Source: Halorussus marinus (GTDB lineage: Archaea; Halobacteriota; Halobacteria; Halobacteriales; Haladaptataceae). From it: DNA of 64,000 bases. The translations under genes and the position numbers were made by a program. Under the pieces are notes generated by a model. It worked only from the letters and a program-made list of their open reading frames with translations, was not told the DNA's origin and searched no databases. Below, piece by piece: positions 22,898 to 33,499 of this stretch. Location: assembly GCF_004765795.1 (NCBI RefSeq), contig NZ_SBIV01000003.1, positions 186,001 to 250,000 on the forward strand, written 5' to 3'. Position 1 is the stretch's first letter. Each line of letters opens with the position of its first letter.

Positions 22898-23398
22898 TGT
22901 GTCCCGTGGTAGGGGTCGAAGCTACTTTACCCCCTCGTCGCGAGCTTCGATCGCCGATTCCGACCGGCCCGAGCGGCCGAACGGACCTGTCGGCGAGCCC
23001 GCAAAATGCGGTGTGTTCACAGTAAGCGTCCGTCGGTCGCCCGGACCTATCAACGCGCCGACCCACGAACGCGCCGACGCTGGCGCCGAGCGAAATCGGG
23101 AACTCCCCGTTACTCGGCCGATCCGAGGCGCGCCCGAATCTCGGACCGCTGGGACGTCTCGCGACCGGTGGCGCCGTCGCTCGCTCGCCCCCGAGACCGA
23201 CCGGTGTTTTGGCCGTCGTCGTGTGCGGATAAGCCGACCCAAACGCCCGAAAACGAGGCGTTGTGATCGCTATCGTCTGTGCGGATTTCGGAAACGTCAG
23301 CTTCCGTTCGTGAAGCTCGGTTAATCCGGTTGAATCGGCGGATAGCGACGCTCGGGTTCAAATGGAACCGGGTATTCAAAATGTCGTGGAGAGAAGAG

Positions 23399-24325
23399 AT
23401 GACTGACCCAGACGGAGAGAACGGGCGGATGTATCGACGCACTGTACTGAAAGGCACGGCGGCCGCCGGACTGTTCGGCCTGACCGGCGTCGCGAGCGCG
23501 AGCGACTACCGGGAGGTCACGTTCACGTCGGCCGACGACGACCTGTTCGAGTACAAGGTGAAAGTGAGCGGCAAGATGAAACGCGGCGGCACCTACGAGA
23601 GCGACCCCGGCGACGAGGTCGGCCACGACTACGCGCACGGCCGGTGTGCCGAGGGCCGAAGCGACAGCTTCCTCTGGACCGGCGAGATCGTCGACCTCCA
23701 GCTGAGCGGTCGCGGCAAGGTGTACGTCGACGGCGAGCTGGTCGAAGACACGACCGGCGAGAAAGACCACGACGGCGGCGACGACAAAGACGACCACGAC
23801 GGGAAGACCCGCGAGGTCACCTTCACCTCGGTCAGCGACGAGATATTCCGGTACCGCGTCGAGGTGTCGGGCAAGATGATGCGCGGCGGCACCTACGAGA
23901 GCGACCCCGGCGACGAGGTCGGCGACAACTACGCGAACGGACGCGCCGCCGACGGCCGGAGCGACAGCTTCCTCTGGACCGGCGAAGTCGTCGAGCTCAA
24001 GGTCGGCGGTCCCGGGAAGGTGTACGTCGACGGCGAACTGGTCGAGGACACGACGACCGACGGCGACCTCTCGAAGGAGGTCATCGTCTCGAACCCCGGC
24101 TCCGACGAGCTCAGAGAGTACACGCTCCGCGTGACCGGCGACGCTCGGATGCTCGAGCCCGACGAGGACTTCCCGCCCGCCGACGACGAGATCGTCGATC
24201 TCGACGGCGGCGGCGCTCGGATCGAGGGCGCGGTCAGCACGGGCGACGACCGGTTCGCCTTCTCGGGTGATCTCATCCGGGAGAACGTCCCCGACGGCGT
24301 CCAGATAGACGTCAGAAACCGGTAA
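23399..24325 (+). CDS. Tat-secreted protein with three ~85-aa beta-rich repeats
   Basis: YRRTVLK Tat motif, ASA cleavage site, internal repeats; alternative ATG at 23381. Confidence 0.8.
   Translation: MTDPDGENGRMYRRTVLKGTAAAGLFGLTGVASASDYREVTFTSADDDLFEYKVKVSGKMKRGGTYESDPGDEVGHDYAHGRCAEGRSDSFLWTGEIVDLQLSGRGKVYVDGELVEDTTGEKDHDGGDDKDDHDGKTREVTFTSVSDEIFRYRVEVSGKMMRGGTYESDPGDEVGDNYANGRAADGRSDSFLWTGEVVELKVGGPGKVYVDGELVEDTTTDGDLSKEVIVSNPGSDELREYTLRVTGDARMLEPDEDFPPADDEIVDLDGGGARIEGAVSTGDDRFAFSGDLIRENVPDGVQIDVRNR
23510..24055 (+). repeat. Intragenic direct duplication (23510-23755 vs 23810-24055)
   Basis: 300-bp period; 42 bp identical at 23582-23623 and 23882-23923. Confidence 0.9.
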
Positions 24326-24373
24326 TCAGACCGGAGTCGATCGACCGTACCGGGCGGTGACGACCGCCGGCGT

Positions 24374-25003
24374 TCAACAGACCGGTTTCGGGTTCACGCC
24401 CATTCCTTCTAGGGTGTCGGTGTACTCCTCGTAGGCCGCCTGTATCGCACCGGTCGCGGCGTCCAGCGCGCGGTCGTACTCCGCGTCGGACTCACAGACA
24501 GCCGCGAGGAGCTCGCGACCCCGCGCCAACTGCTCGTCGAGGTCCTCGCCCAGCTCTCGGAACAGCCCCGCGGTCTGGGGGTCGGCCTGCCCGACGAAGA
24601 AGCCGACCATCTGCTCTTTGGACTTCTCGCTGGCGAGCGTCCGGCCGAGAAAGCCGCCGACGCGGGCCGGATCGGCGTCGAGGCTCCGGAGGTACTCGTG
24701 GATCGCGGGCGTCTCGTCGGGGTGGTGGTCGGCGTCGAGCTCGCCGGCGACCCGGTCGTAGTGGGCCCGCTCCTGCTCGGCGAACGCCTCGAAGGCCTCC
24801 CGGACCCGCTCGCCGTCGGCGTCGTCGGCCCACCCTCCGAACGTCTCGGCGGCGGCGTGCTCGGCGTCGGCGGCGGCTCCGAACACCTCCTCGGCGTCCA
24901 TCTCGCCCGCGGTCTCGGCGTACAGCGCTTTCGAGGAGCCGAGCCGGGAGAGAGCGGTCTCGTTGTCGTCGCGCACGGCGTCGAGGAACTCGTCGGGATT
25001 CAT
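24374..25003 (-). CDS. Ferritin-like/rubrerythrin-like conserved haloarchaeal protein
   Basis: All-helical acidic protein with EH/EQERAH motifs and a GVNPKPVC terminus. Confidence 0.65.
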   Translation of the reverse strand: MNPDEFLDAVRDDNETALSRLGSSKALYAETAGEMDAEEVFGAAADAEHAAAETFGGWADDADGERVREAFEAFAEQERAHYDRVAGELDADHHPDETPAIHEYLRSLDADPARVGGFLGRTLASEKSKEQMVGFFVGQADPQTAGLFRELGEDLDEQLARGRELLAAVCESDAEYDRALDAATGAIQAAYEEYTDTLEGMGVNPKPVC

Positions 25004-25053
25004 GGCCGGGAGTACGGAAGCCGGCCGCTTGTAAGTAGCGACGCCGGCGAGGG

Positions 25054-26163
25054 TCACATCGCGGCGTCGAGCCGGAGCGCGACCACGCCGCCGTCGGCGT
25101 CGTCGGGGAACGACAGCGTCCCGCCGAGAGACTCAACCACCCACTTGGCCTGCCAGAGACCGAAGCCGCTGCCGTGTTCGAGCTGAGTCAGCGCCCGGTC
25201 GCCGGCGACCACCGCGGCCTCGTCGTCGGGGATGCCCGGGCCGTTGTCCTCGATCCGGACCGTCACGCGGTCGTGGGTCTGTCGGGCGGAGATCGCGACC
25301 CGCGGCGTCTCGGCGTCGGTGTGCTGGACGGCGTTCTCGACGACGCTTCCGAGCGCCCGCCGGAACTGGTCGTTGGCCGCCGCCGCGAGCCCGGTCGGGA
25401 CGTCGACGTCGATCTCGGCGTCCGGGTGGGCCTCGCGGAACTCGGCCGCGATCTCCTCGGCGAGCGGCGCGAGCGCGACCGGCCGGGTCTCGGGGCTGTC
25501 GGCCTCGATGGTCTCCTGAATCCGGGCGACCTTGTCGTACATCGACCCGAGCGAGTCGGCCTTCCCGTGGACTCTGTGGGCGGCCTCGGCGAGCTGGGGG
25601 TCCTCGACGTCGGTCGCGAGCTTCTCGGCGTACCCCGTGAGCACCTGCGCGTCGTTCCGGAGGTTGTGGCGGATGAGCCTGTTGAGCACCGCGGTCTTCT
25701 CGCGTTCGGTGGCGAGGTCCTCGGCCCGGATCCGGCGCACGTCGTTGACGCCGATGATGACGTGGGCGGCCGTGCTCACGCCTAACACCGTCGCGATCAC
25801 GAACGGCGGGACCGTCACGGACCGGTAGAGAGAGACTAACCCGAGCACGGAGCCGAGGACGAGCACGCCGAGGGTGTTCCACGCCGCGATGCGGAGCGTG
25901 TTCTTGGTCGTGAAGTCGGCCCGATAGATCAGATAGCTCGCGGCCACGAGCACGATCGAGACCACCGACCCGACCCCCGCGAGCACGAGTTCGATCGTCG
26001 AGGTCGGCGAGGCGATAAGCCGGCTCACGTTCGGGATGAGGAGGACGAACCCCGTGAGTCCGATGACGGCGCTGGCGACCGCACGGCGGAGATCGCGTCG
26101 CAGTCCGCCCGCTCGGGGGTCGGTCACCAGCGGCCCGCCGACGAGTTCACCGGGAGATACCAT
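25054..26163 (-). CDS. Membrane sensor histidine kinase
   Basis: 4 TM segments; LNRLIRHNLRN H-box, VENAVQH, EDNGPGI, GSGFGL. Confidence 0.9.
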   Translation of the reverse strand: MVSPGELVGGPLVTDPRAGGLRRDLRRAVASAVIGLTGFVLLIPNVSRLIASPTSTIELVLAGVGSVVSIVLVAASYLIYRADFTTKNTLRIAAWNTLGVLVLGSVLGLVSLYRSVTVPPFVIATVLGVSTAAHVIIGVNDVRRIRAEDLATEREKTAVLNRLIRHNLRNDAQVLTGYAEKLATDVEDPQLAEAAHRVHGKADSLGSMYDKVARIQETIEADSPETRPVALAPLAEEIAAEFREAHPDAEIDVDVPTGLAAAANDQFRRALGSVVENAVQHTDAETPRVAISARQTHDRVTVRIEDNGPGIPDDEAAVVAGDRALTQLEHGSGFGLWQAKWVVESLGGTLSFPDDADGGVVALRLDAAM

Positions 26164-26279
26164 TCACCGGCTTGATTCGTCTAACTAAAGCCACATAACT
26201 CCGTCGTTACCTCTCCTCTCTGTGTCACGTAGGCGAACGTCAAAACGGGGCGGTCGTGGCTACGGCGCGAGGCGAGCGC

Positions 26280-27140
26280 CTACTCGCCGGTCTCGATCGG
26301 CGCGTCCACGAGGTTGCCCCACTCGGTCCAGGACCCGTCGTAGTTGACGGTGTCCTCGTAGCCGAGCAGTTCGTGGAGCGCGAACCACGCGACCGACGAC
26401 CGCTCGCCGATCCGGCAGTACGCGACGGTGGTGCCCTCGCCGTCGATGCCCTCGTCGGCGTAGAGATCTTCGAGTTCCTCGCGGGTCTTGAACGTGCCGT
26501 CGTCGTTGGTCACCGCGGCCCACGAGATGTTTTTCGCGCCGGGGATGTGGCCGCCGCGCTGGGCGGTCTCCTGGAGTCCCGGCGGCGCGAGCACCTCGCC
26601 GCTGTACTCCTCGGGCGACCGGACGTCGACGAGCGGGACGCCCCGGTCGATCGCCTTCTCGACGTCGTCGCGGTAGGCCCGGATCGACTCGCGCGGCCCC
26701 GCGGCGTCGTAGGACTGCTCGGAGAACGACGGCACCTCGTCGGTGGTCGGGTAGTCGTTCTCGACCCAGTACTCGCGGCCGCCGTCGAGCAGTCGCACGT
26801 CGTCGTGGCCGTAGTACTTGAACTGCCAGTAGGCGTAGGCCGCGAACCAGTTCGAGTTGTCGCCGTAGAGGACCACCGTCGAGTCCTCGGTGATGCCGTG
26901 GCTCCCGAGCAGGTCCTCGAAGTCGCCCTTCTCGAGGATGTCGCGCTGGGTCTGGTCCTGGAGCTGGGTCTCCCAGTTGAACCCGATCGCGCCGGGCGCG
27001 TGGGCCTCCTCGTAGGCCTCGGTGTCCACGTCGACCTCGACGAGTCGGTACTCGGGGTCGTCGCTCTGGAACTCCTCCAGTCGGTCTTCGGCCCAGTCGG
27101 CCGAGACCAGCACGTCGTTCGCGTACGCTGTCTCGCTCAT
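26280..27140 (-). CDS. Thiosulfate sulfurtransferase (tandem rhodanese)
   Basis: HAPGAI, GHIPGA, active loop CRIGER, NYDGSWTEW. Confidence 0.93.
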   Translation of the reverse strand: MSETAYANDVLVSADWAEDRLEEFQSDDPEYRLVEVDVDTEAYEEAHAPGAIGFNWETQLQDQTQRDILEKGDFEDLLGSHGITEDSTVVLYGDNSNWFAAYAYWQFKYYGHDDVRLLDGGREYWVENDYPTTDEVPSFSEQSYDAAGPRESIRAYRDDVEKAIDRGVPLVDVRSPEEYSGEVLAPPGLQETAQRGGHIPGAKNISWAAVTNDDGTFKTREELEDLYADEGIDGEGTTVAYCRIGERSSVAWFALHELLGYEDTVNYDGSWTEWGNLVDAPIETGE

Positions 27141-27370
27141 ACAGTATCGTGTAGGAGCGCCTCACGTTTAGTTCTGGTAGCTACGGTAGGTACCGCCAAC
27201 TGTCGTCTCTCCCGGAACTTCTTGCCGGTTGTCGCGGGAACGGCCGTTCGTTTTCTACACCCGATACGTTCGGCGGCCCCGGAGTCGGCAATTACTGCCG
27301 GCGTCTACGACCCCTCGCGAGTCTGCCCGGAACCGGACGCCTATACTCGCGGAGTCCCAACTCGGAGCCG

Positions 27371-28153
27371 ATGAACGAGAACGTCGTGGCGAGCGCCGAC
27401 TGGCTCGCCGACAACCTAGACGACGTGCGGATCGTCGACGTGCGAGACGCCTGGGAGTACGACGGCATCGGCCACGTCCCCGGCGCGGTCAACGTCCCGT
27501 TCGATGCGTTCCGGAGCGACGACGACGCCGACGCGGGGATGCTCCCCGGCGCCGACCGGTGGGCCGACCTCGTGGGCGGGGCCGGGATCACCGCCGACGA
27601 CACCGTCGTGGCCTACGACGACACCCACGGGGTGTTCGCCGCCCGCTTTCTGGTCACCGCCGAGTGCTACGGTCACGAGGATCTGCGCCTGCTCGACGGC
27701 GACTTCAGTTCGTGGATGCGCGACCACGAGACGTCGAGCGAGACCCCCGAAGTGACCCCCGCGTCCTACGAGGTGCGAGCGCCCGCCGACTCCCCGCTGG
27801 TCGACCGCGAGGCGGTCGAACGCGCCGTCGAGGACCCGAACGCCGTCCTCGTCGACACTCGCGACGACTGGGAGTTCGCCGAGGGCCACATCCCCGGCGC
27901 GGTCAACCTCGACTGGAAGGCGCTGGTCGACGAGGCGACCCGCGGGCTGAAGCCCCGCGAGGAGCTCCGGACCGTCCTCGAATCCCACGGTATCACCCCC
28001 GACAAGCGCGTCGTGCTGTACTGCAACACCGCCAGACGAATCAGCCACACCTACGTCGTGCTCTCCTCGCTTGGCTACCCCGAACTGGATTTCTACGAGG
28101 GGAGCCTCACCGAGTGGGAGGCGGCCGGCGGCCCGCTCGAAACCGACGAGTGA
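27371..28153 (+). CDS. Sulfurtransferase (tandem rhodanese)
   Basis: GHVPGA, GHIPGA, active loop CNTARR, YEGSLTEW. Confidence 0.92.
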   Translation: MNENVVASADWLADNLDDVRIVDVRDAWEYDGIGHVPGAVNVPFDAFRSDDDADAGMLPGADRWADLVGGAGITADDTVVAYDDTHGVFAARFLVTAECYGHEDLRLLDGDFSSWMRDHETSSETPEVTPASYEVRAPADSPLVDREAVERAVEDPNAVLVDTRDDWEFAEGHIPGAVNLDWKALVDEATRGLKPREELRTVLESHGITPDKRVVLYCNTARRISHTYVVLSSLGYPELDFYEGSLTEWEAAGGPLETDE

Positions 28154-28208
28154 CCGGTCGCCGGGCCGAGTGAAAACCGATTTACCCTCCGGCGTTCACC
28201 CCTCGCGT

Positions 28209-29069
28209 ATGATTATCAGCGGGTCCGCATCCCAGGTGCTCGCGGCCGAGCTCGCGGCCGAGCTCGACGAACCGCTCGCGAGCGTCGAGTACGACAGGTT
28301 CCCCGACGGCGAACTGCTGGCGAGCGCCCCCGGCGTCGCCGAGGCCGAGACCGACCGCGCGATCGTGGTCGCCTCGACGGTCTCCTCGGACGCCCACCTC
28401 GAACTCCTCCAGTTGCAGGACGCCGCCCGCGAGTGGGGCGCCGCGGAGGTCGTGACCGTCCTGCCGTACATGGGCTATGCGCGCCAGGACGACGCGTTCG
28501 AGTCGGGCCACCCCGTCTCGGCCCGTGCGGTCGCCCGCGCGATCTCCCCGGGCGCCGACCGCGTGCTGACGGTCAACCCCCACGAGGAGAGCGTCTGTGG
28601 GTTCTTCGAGGTGCCGGCCGAACCGCTCGACGCCGCCGGCCGACTCGCCGACCCGCTCCCGGCGGACCTCGACGATCCGGTCTTCCTCTCGCCCGACGAG
28701 GGGGCGCTCGACATCGCGACTGCGGCCCGCGACGCCTACGGTCGGGGAGCCGTCGACTACTTCGAGAAGACCCGGCTGTCGGGCACCGAGGTCGAGATGA
28801 CCCCGAGCGACGCCGCCGTCTCGGGCCGAGACGTGGTCGTCACCGACGACATCATCGCGACCGGCTCGACCATGAGCGAGGCGGTCGCGCTTCTCCGGGA
28901 GCGTGCGGCCGCTCGAGTGTTCGTGACCTGCGTCCACCCGATGCTGGCGGCCGACGCCTACGCGAAGCTCTCGCGGGCGGGCGTCGAGGCCATCTACGGG
29001 ACCGACACGATCGAACGGCCCGCCAGCGAGGTGTCGGTCGCGCCGGTGGTCGCCGACGCGCTCCGGTGA
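28209..29069 (+). CDS. prs: Ribose-phosphate pyrophosphokinase
   Basis: RFPDGE, PYMGYARQD, SPDEGA, DDIIATGST. Confidence 0.95.
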   Translation: MIISGSASQVLAAELAAELDEPLASVEYDRFPDGELLASAPGVAEAETDRAIVVASTVSSDAHLELLQLQDAAREWGAAEVVTVLPYMGYARQDDAFESGHPVSARAVARAISPGADRVLTVNPHEESVCGFFEVPAEPLDAAGRLADPLPADLDDPVFLSPDEGALDIATAARDAYGRGAVDYFEKTRLSGTEVEMTPSDAAVSGRDVVVTDDIIATGSTMSEAVALLRERAAARVFVTCVHPMLAADAYAKLSRAGVEAIYGTDTIERPASEVSVAPVVADALR

Positions 29070-29270
29070 CGCCGGCCGCACGGACACCCCGGGTCGAGTC
29101 GAACGCGATGCCGTCCGTCCCCGTCACCGGCTTTCGAGTAGATGCTCAACGGTAATCGCAAAACCTTCTTTAGCGTCGACTGCGACGCTCGACGCAGTGA
29201 AGCGCCGCGACGTCCCGTCGACGATCCGACGCGTCCGTCCGTCGGCGAGCGCGACTCGCGGCTTCGACCC

Positions 29271-29558
29271 ATGACGAACGACTCAGAGGAAACAGACGAC
29301 GAAGCGATCCACGTCGGTCGCTACGACGCCGACGAGCGCATCAGCGTCCGCGTCGCGAGCGATCTCGCGGACGTGCTCGATGTCGACCCCACGGACGTCG
29401 ACCTCTACGAAAACGTCGACACGGAGGCGCTCGACCGGCTGTTCGACTCGACCCGGGACGGCGTCTCCCGGACGGGTCGGGTGGTCTTCGAGGCCGAGGG
29501 ACACCGCATCACGGTTCGGAGCGACGGGACGTTCACCATCGCTCGGGCCGACGGGTAA
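29271..29558 (+). CDS. HalOD1 output-domain protein
   Basis: LYENVDTEALDRLF...VVFEAEGHRITVRSDG pattern. Confidence 0.8.
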   Translation: MTNDSEETDDEAIHVGRYDADERISVRVASDLADVLDVDPTDVDLYENVDTEALDRLFDSTRDGVSRTGRVVFEAEGHRITVRSDGTFTIARADG

Positions 29559-29573
29559 GCCGGCCGACCGCGC

Positions 29574-32500
29574 TCAGGCCTTGGCCTCGGCGACCGGCAC
29601 CACCGCGATCTCCATCTCGACGCCCTCGACGTCCCACTCCTTGCGGTGGCCGTCCTCGACGTCGCCGACCGCGTCTGCGCGGACCTCGTCTTTCACGAGG
29701 TCGAGTCGCTCCTCGACCAGTTCGGCGACGCGGTCGTCGGCCACGTTCAGTTCGAGCCGGACGCGCTGTTCGATGTCGAGGTCCATCTCCTTGCGCATCT
29801 CCTGGACCCGGCGGATGACCTCGCGGGCGTACCCCTCGCTCTCGATGTCCTCGGTGAGCTCGGTGTCGACGTAGACGACCCCGCGGCGGTCGCCGTCGGT
29901 GTCGAACCCGACGCCGGTGACCCCCTCGGGAGTCTGGGTGACGAACTCGACCATCTCGTCGGTGAGGTCGACGTCCATCCCGGTTTCTGCCTCGACCGCG
30001 TCTTTGAGCCCACCGAGGTCGGGCTCGTCGACGCGCGCGGCGTTGAGCGCACCCATCACGCGGCCGGCGTCGTCGCCGAACGCGGGCCCGAGGACGCTCA
30101 TGTCGGCCTCGGCGCTGTACCGGAGTTCGCCCCACTCCTCGCCGGGCGCGACCAGCTGGACTTCGCGGGCGTTCAGCCGGTCGGCCAGCAGGTCGGCGTG
30201 GCGCTCGACGGCCTCGACCGTCCGGTCGTCGTCGGCGTTGACCACGACGCGCGCGACCGGCCACCGGAGCTTGCGCTCGGCCTGCTGGCGGGCGTTCGAC
30301 CCCGCCTCCTCGACCGCGCGCAGGAGCGCCACGTCGGTCTCTAACTGCTCGTCGGCCCAGTACTCGTCGGGGTCGGGCCAGTCGCACATGTGAACGGTGT
30401 CGTGGCCCTCGTCGCCGGTGAGCGCGCCGTAGATCTCCTCGGCGACGAACGGCGCGTAGGGCGCGATCAGCGCGACCACCGTCGTCAGCACCTCGTAGAA
30501 CGTGGCGTACGCCGCCAGCTTCGAGTCGCTGTCGTCTTCCTCCCACATGCGCTCGCGGACCACCTGAATGTAGAACCGCGAGACGTCCTCGACGACGAAC
30601 TCGAGCAGGGCGTGGAGCGCCTTGTCCTGCCGGTAGGCCTCCCAGTGGTCGGTCATCTCGGCGACGACCGACTGGAGGCGCGCGAGCACCCACTCGTCGA
30701 CGAGTTCGAGGTGCTCGTCGACCGCCTCCAGCGTCGTCTCCGCCGGATCGAAACCGTCGAGGCGCATGTACGGCAGGGGGAACCGGAACACGTTCCAGAG
30801 GATGTTGAGATCCCGCTGCATCTCCTCGGTCTCGTCGTACGAGAAGCGCATGTCCTCGCCCTGCGGGTTCGACGAGAGCAGGAACATCCGCATCGGGTCG
30901 GTGCCGTACTCGTCGATGACCTCGTTGGGGTCGACGAGGATGCCCTTGGACTTCGACATGCCGCGGCCGTCGGGCATGTTGGCGTAACCGTGCATCAACA
31001 CCTCGTCGTAGGGGATCTCGCCGGTCGCGGCGGTCGACATCCCGAGCTGGGACCAGAACCACCCGCGGGTCTGATCGTGGGCCTCCATGATGAGGTCGGC
31101 GGGCCACAGCTCCTCGAAGGCGCCTTCGCGCTCGGGGTAATCGAGGGTGCCCCACGAGGCGACCGACGAGTCGAGCCAGACGTCGAACACGTCGGCGACC
31201 CGGGTGTAGGTCGTCCCGTCCTCGGTGATGGTGAGGTCGTCGACGGTCGGCTTGTGGAGGTCGACCTCGTCGGGGTCGACGTCCTGATCGACTCGCTCGG
31301 CGAGCGCCTCGCGGGTGCCGACGACGATCACGTCGTCCATGCTTCCGTCCCAGTTCTCGGGCGTCCAGATCGGGATGGGGATACCCCAGTAGCGCTGGCG
31401 CGAGACGTTCCAGTCGGGCGCCTCCTCGACGAAGTCCCGGAACCGGTTGTCCCGGGCCCACGAGGGGTGCCACTCGCTGTCCTCGATGTTGTCGAGCAGT
31501 TCGTCTTTGATGTCGGTGACGGTGATGAACCACTGGTCGGTGACGATCTGGAGGATGCCGGTGTCACACCGCCAGCAGTGGCCGTAGCTGTGCTCGACCG
31601 TGTCCGACCGGAGCATCAGTCCCTTGTCTTCGAGGTCCGCGATGATGTCGTCGTCGGCGTCCTTCACGAACTGGCCGGCGTACTCCCCGGCCGCGTCGGT
31701 GTAGACGCCGTCGCCGGCCACCGGACAGAACACGTCGAGGCCGAGTTCGGTCCCGCGCTCGAAGTCCTCCTCGCCGTGGCCGGGCGCCGAGTGGACCAGC
31801 CCGGTCCGGTCGGCCTCGACGTAGTCGGCGCCGTACACCTGTAGGGCGTCCTCGCCGTCGGCGTGGTCGGGCACCTCCGCCTCGAGCGGGTGGTCGTACT
31901 CCCAGCCGATCATCTCCTCGCCGGCGAACTCGGCCTCGACCTCGTAGTCGTCGTACCGACCGGCCTTCAGGACGCCCTCGACGCACTCCTCGGCGACGTA
32001 GAGTACGTCCTCGCCGCCGTCTTTTTGCGCCCGCACCTGCTGGTAGGTGAGGTCCTCGTCGACCGCGACGAAGGTGTTGGCGGGGATGGTCCACGGGGTC
32101 GTGGTCCAGATCACGAGGTGGCCCTCCCGGTCGGCGAGCGGGAACTTCACGTAGATCGAGGGGTCCTCGACGTCGTCGTACTCGACCTCGTTGTTGGCGA
32201 TGGCGGTCTCACACCGCGGACACTGGGAGATAGAGCGCTTGCCTCGCTCGACGAGCCCCTCCTCGTGGGCCTGCCGGAACCCCCACCACGCCGCCTCCAT
32301 GTACTCGGGATTGACGGTCTTGTAGGGGTCGTCCCAGTCCATCCAGACGCCGAACGACTTGAAGTCCTCCTGAAGCCCGACGAGCTGGTCCTCGGCGAAC
32401 TCCTTGCACGCCTCGATGAAGTTCTCCTCGCCGAACTCCTCGATGTCTTTCTTGTTCTCGAAGCCCAACTGCTCCTCGACTTTCGTCTCGATCGGCAGAC

Positions 32501-32771
32501 CGTGCATGTCGTAGCCCGGCCGATCGGTCACGTCGTACCCCTGCATCCGGAGGTAGCGGATGTAGGCGTCTTTCAGCGTCTTGTTCCACGTCGTGCCCAT
32601 GTGGGCCGCCCCGGAGGTGTACGGCGGCCCGTCCACGAAGAAGAAGTCCTCGCCGTCCGCGCGGTGGCGCTTGGTCTTCTCGTAGGCGTCGACCTCGTCC
32701 CAGTAGGCGAACACGCGGTCTTCGACCGCGTCGGGGTCGTACTGGTCGTCTACCTCGTCGAACCTGCTCAT
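29574..32771 (-). CDS. ileS: Isoleucine--tRNA ligase
   Basis: DGPPY..HMGT (HIGH-like), WTTTPWT, DQTRGWF, MSKSKG. Confidence 0.97.
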   Translation of the reverse strand: MSRFDEVDDQYDPDAVEDRVFAYWDEVDAYEKTKRHRADGEDFFFVDGPPYTSGAAHMGTTWNKTLKDAYIRYLRMQGYDVTDRPGYDMHGLPIETKVEEQLGFENKKDIEEFGEENFIEACKEFAEDQLVGLQEDFKSFGVWMDWDDPYKTVNPEYMEAAWWGFRQAHEEGLVERGKRSISQCPRCETAIANNEVEYDDVEDPSIYVKFPLADREGHLVIWTTTPWTIPANTFVAVDEDLTYQQVRAQKDGGEDVLYVAEECVEGVLKAGRYDDYEVEAEFAGEEMIGWEYDHPLEAEVPDHADGEDALQVYGADYVEADRTGLVHSAPGHGEEDFERGTELGLDVFCPVAGDGVYTDAAGEYAGQFVKDADDDIIADLEDKGLMLRSDTVEHSYGHCWRCDTGILQIVTDQWFITVTDIKDELLDNIEDSEWHPSWARDNRFRDFVEEAPDWNVSRQRYWGIPIPIWTPENWDGSMDDVIVVGTREALAERVDQDVDPDEVDLHKPTVDDLTITEDGTTYTRVADVFDVWLDSSVASWGTLDYPEREGAFEELWPADLIMEAHDQTRGWFWSQLGMSTAATGEIPYDEVLMHGYANMPDGRGMSKSKGILVDPNEVIDEYGTDPMRMFLLSSNPQGEDMRFSYDETEEMQRDLNILWNVFRFPLPYMRLDGFDPAETTLEAVDEHLELVDEWVLARLQSVVAEMTDHWEAYRQDKALHALLEFVVEDVSRFYIQVVRERMWEEDDSDSKLAAYATFYEVLTTVVALIAPYAPFVAEEIYGALTGDEGHDTVHMCDWPDPDEYWADEQLETDVALLRAVEEAGSNARQQAERKLRWPVARVVVNADDDRTVEAVERHADLLADRLNAREVQLVAPGEEWGELRYSAEADMSVLGPAFGDDAGRVMGALNAARVDEPDLGGLKDAVEAETGMDVDLTDEMVEFVTQTPEGVTGVGFDTDGDRRGVVYVDTELTEDIESEGYAREVIRRVQEMRKEMDLDIEQRVRLELNVADDRVAELVEERLDLVKDEVRADAVGDVEDGHRKEWDVEGVEMEIAVVPVAEAKA

Positions 32772-32929
32772 ATGGGTCCTGTTTGCCTACGGAGTTAAAT
32801 CGGGTTCGGTTGTGCAGACGCGGCTGTAATCGAGGCCGAGCGGTCGGGACCGGACGGCGGTGCGGTCGGGGCGACCCCGAAATAGGCGTCCCCCGATTTT
32901 TTATCGTCAGCGAGTCTCGGTACGCTCGT

Positions 32930-33373
32930 ATGACTGCTTCGACCGCCGAGCGCTTCCGGGAGAACGCGACCGAGATCGTGAGCACGGTGGTCACCGGAAT
33001 CTGGATGGCGGCGCTTTTCACCGGTCAGGACTGGTGGCTGGCGGCGCTGTTGTTCGGGTACATCGTCGTGGTCCCGGTGGTCGAACTCCTGTACGGCGAC
33101 GACGGGGACGGCGAGCTCGAAGACCTCTCGGACGGCGAGGCCGACAGCGAGTGGTGGACGGACCTGTACGGCGACGGGCGGACCGCAGACGAATCCGACC
33201 GCGACGAGACAGCCGAGACCAACAACCGCGAGGCGCTCGAAACGTTGCGCGAGCGGTACGCGCGCGGCGAACTCACCGACGAGCAGTTCGAGCGAAAACT
33301 GGAGCGATTGCTCGACACCGAGACGCTGGAGAACGTCGAGGACCGCGCCGACCGCGACCGACTCCGGGAGTGA
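32930..33373 (+). CDS. SHOCT-domain membrane protein
   Basis: 2 TM segments plus ALETLRERYARGELTDEQFERK. Confidence 0.85.
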   Translation: MTASTAERFRENATEIVSTVVTGIWMAALFTGQDWWLAALLFGYIVVVPVVELLYGDDGDGELEDLSDGEADSEWWTDLYGDGRTADESDRDETAETNNREALETLRERYARGELTDEQFERKLERLLDTETLENVEDRADRDRLRE

Positions 33374-33499
33374 GCGATCGAGCGTCGTAACCGACGGGAC
33401 CGCCGTCGGGCCGCGACGGGACGCCGAACGCAGAGCCCGTCAACCCCGCGGAGCCTCAACTTTGATACGGCGTCCGATCGAACCACACCGAACACAGCC

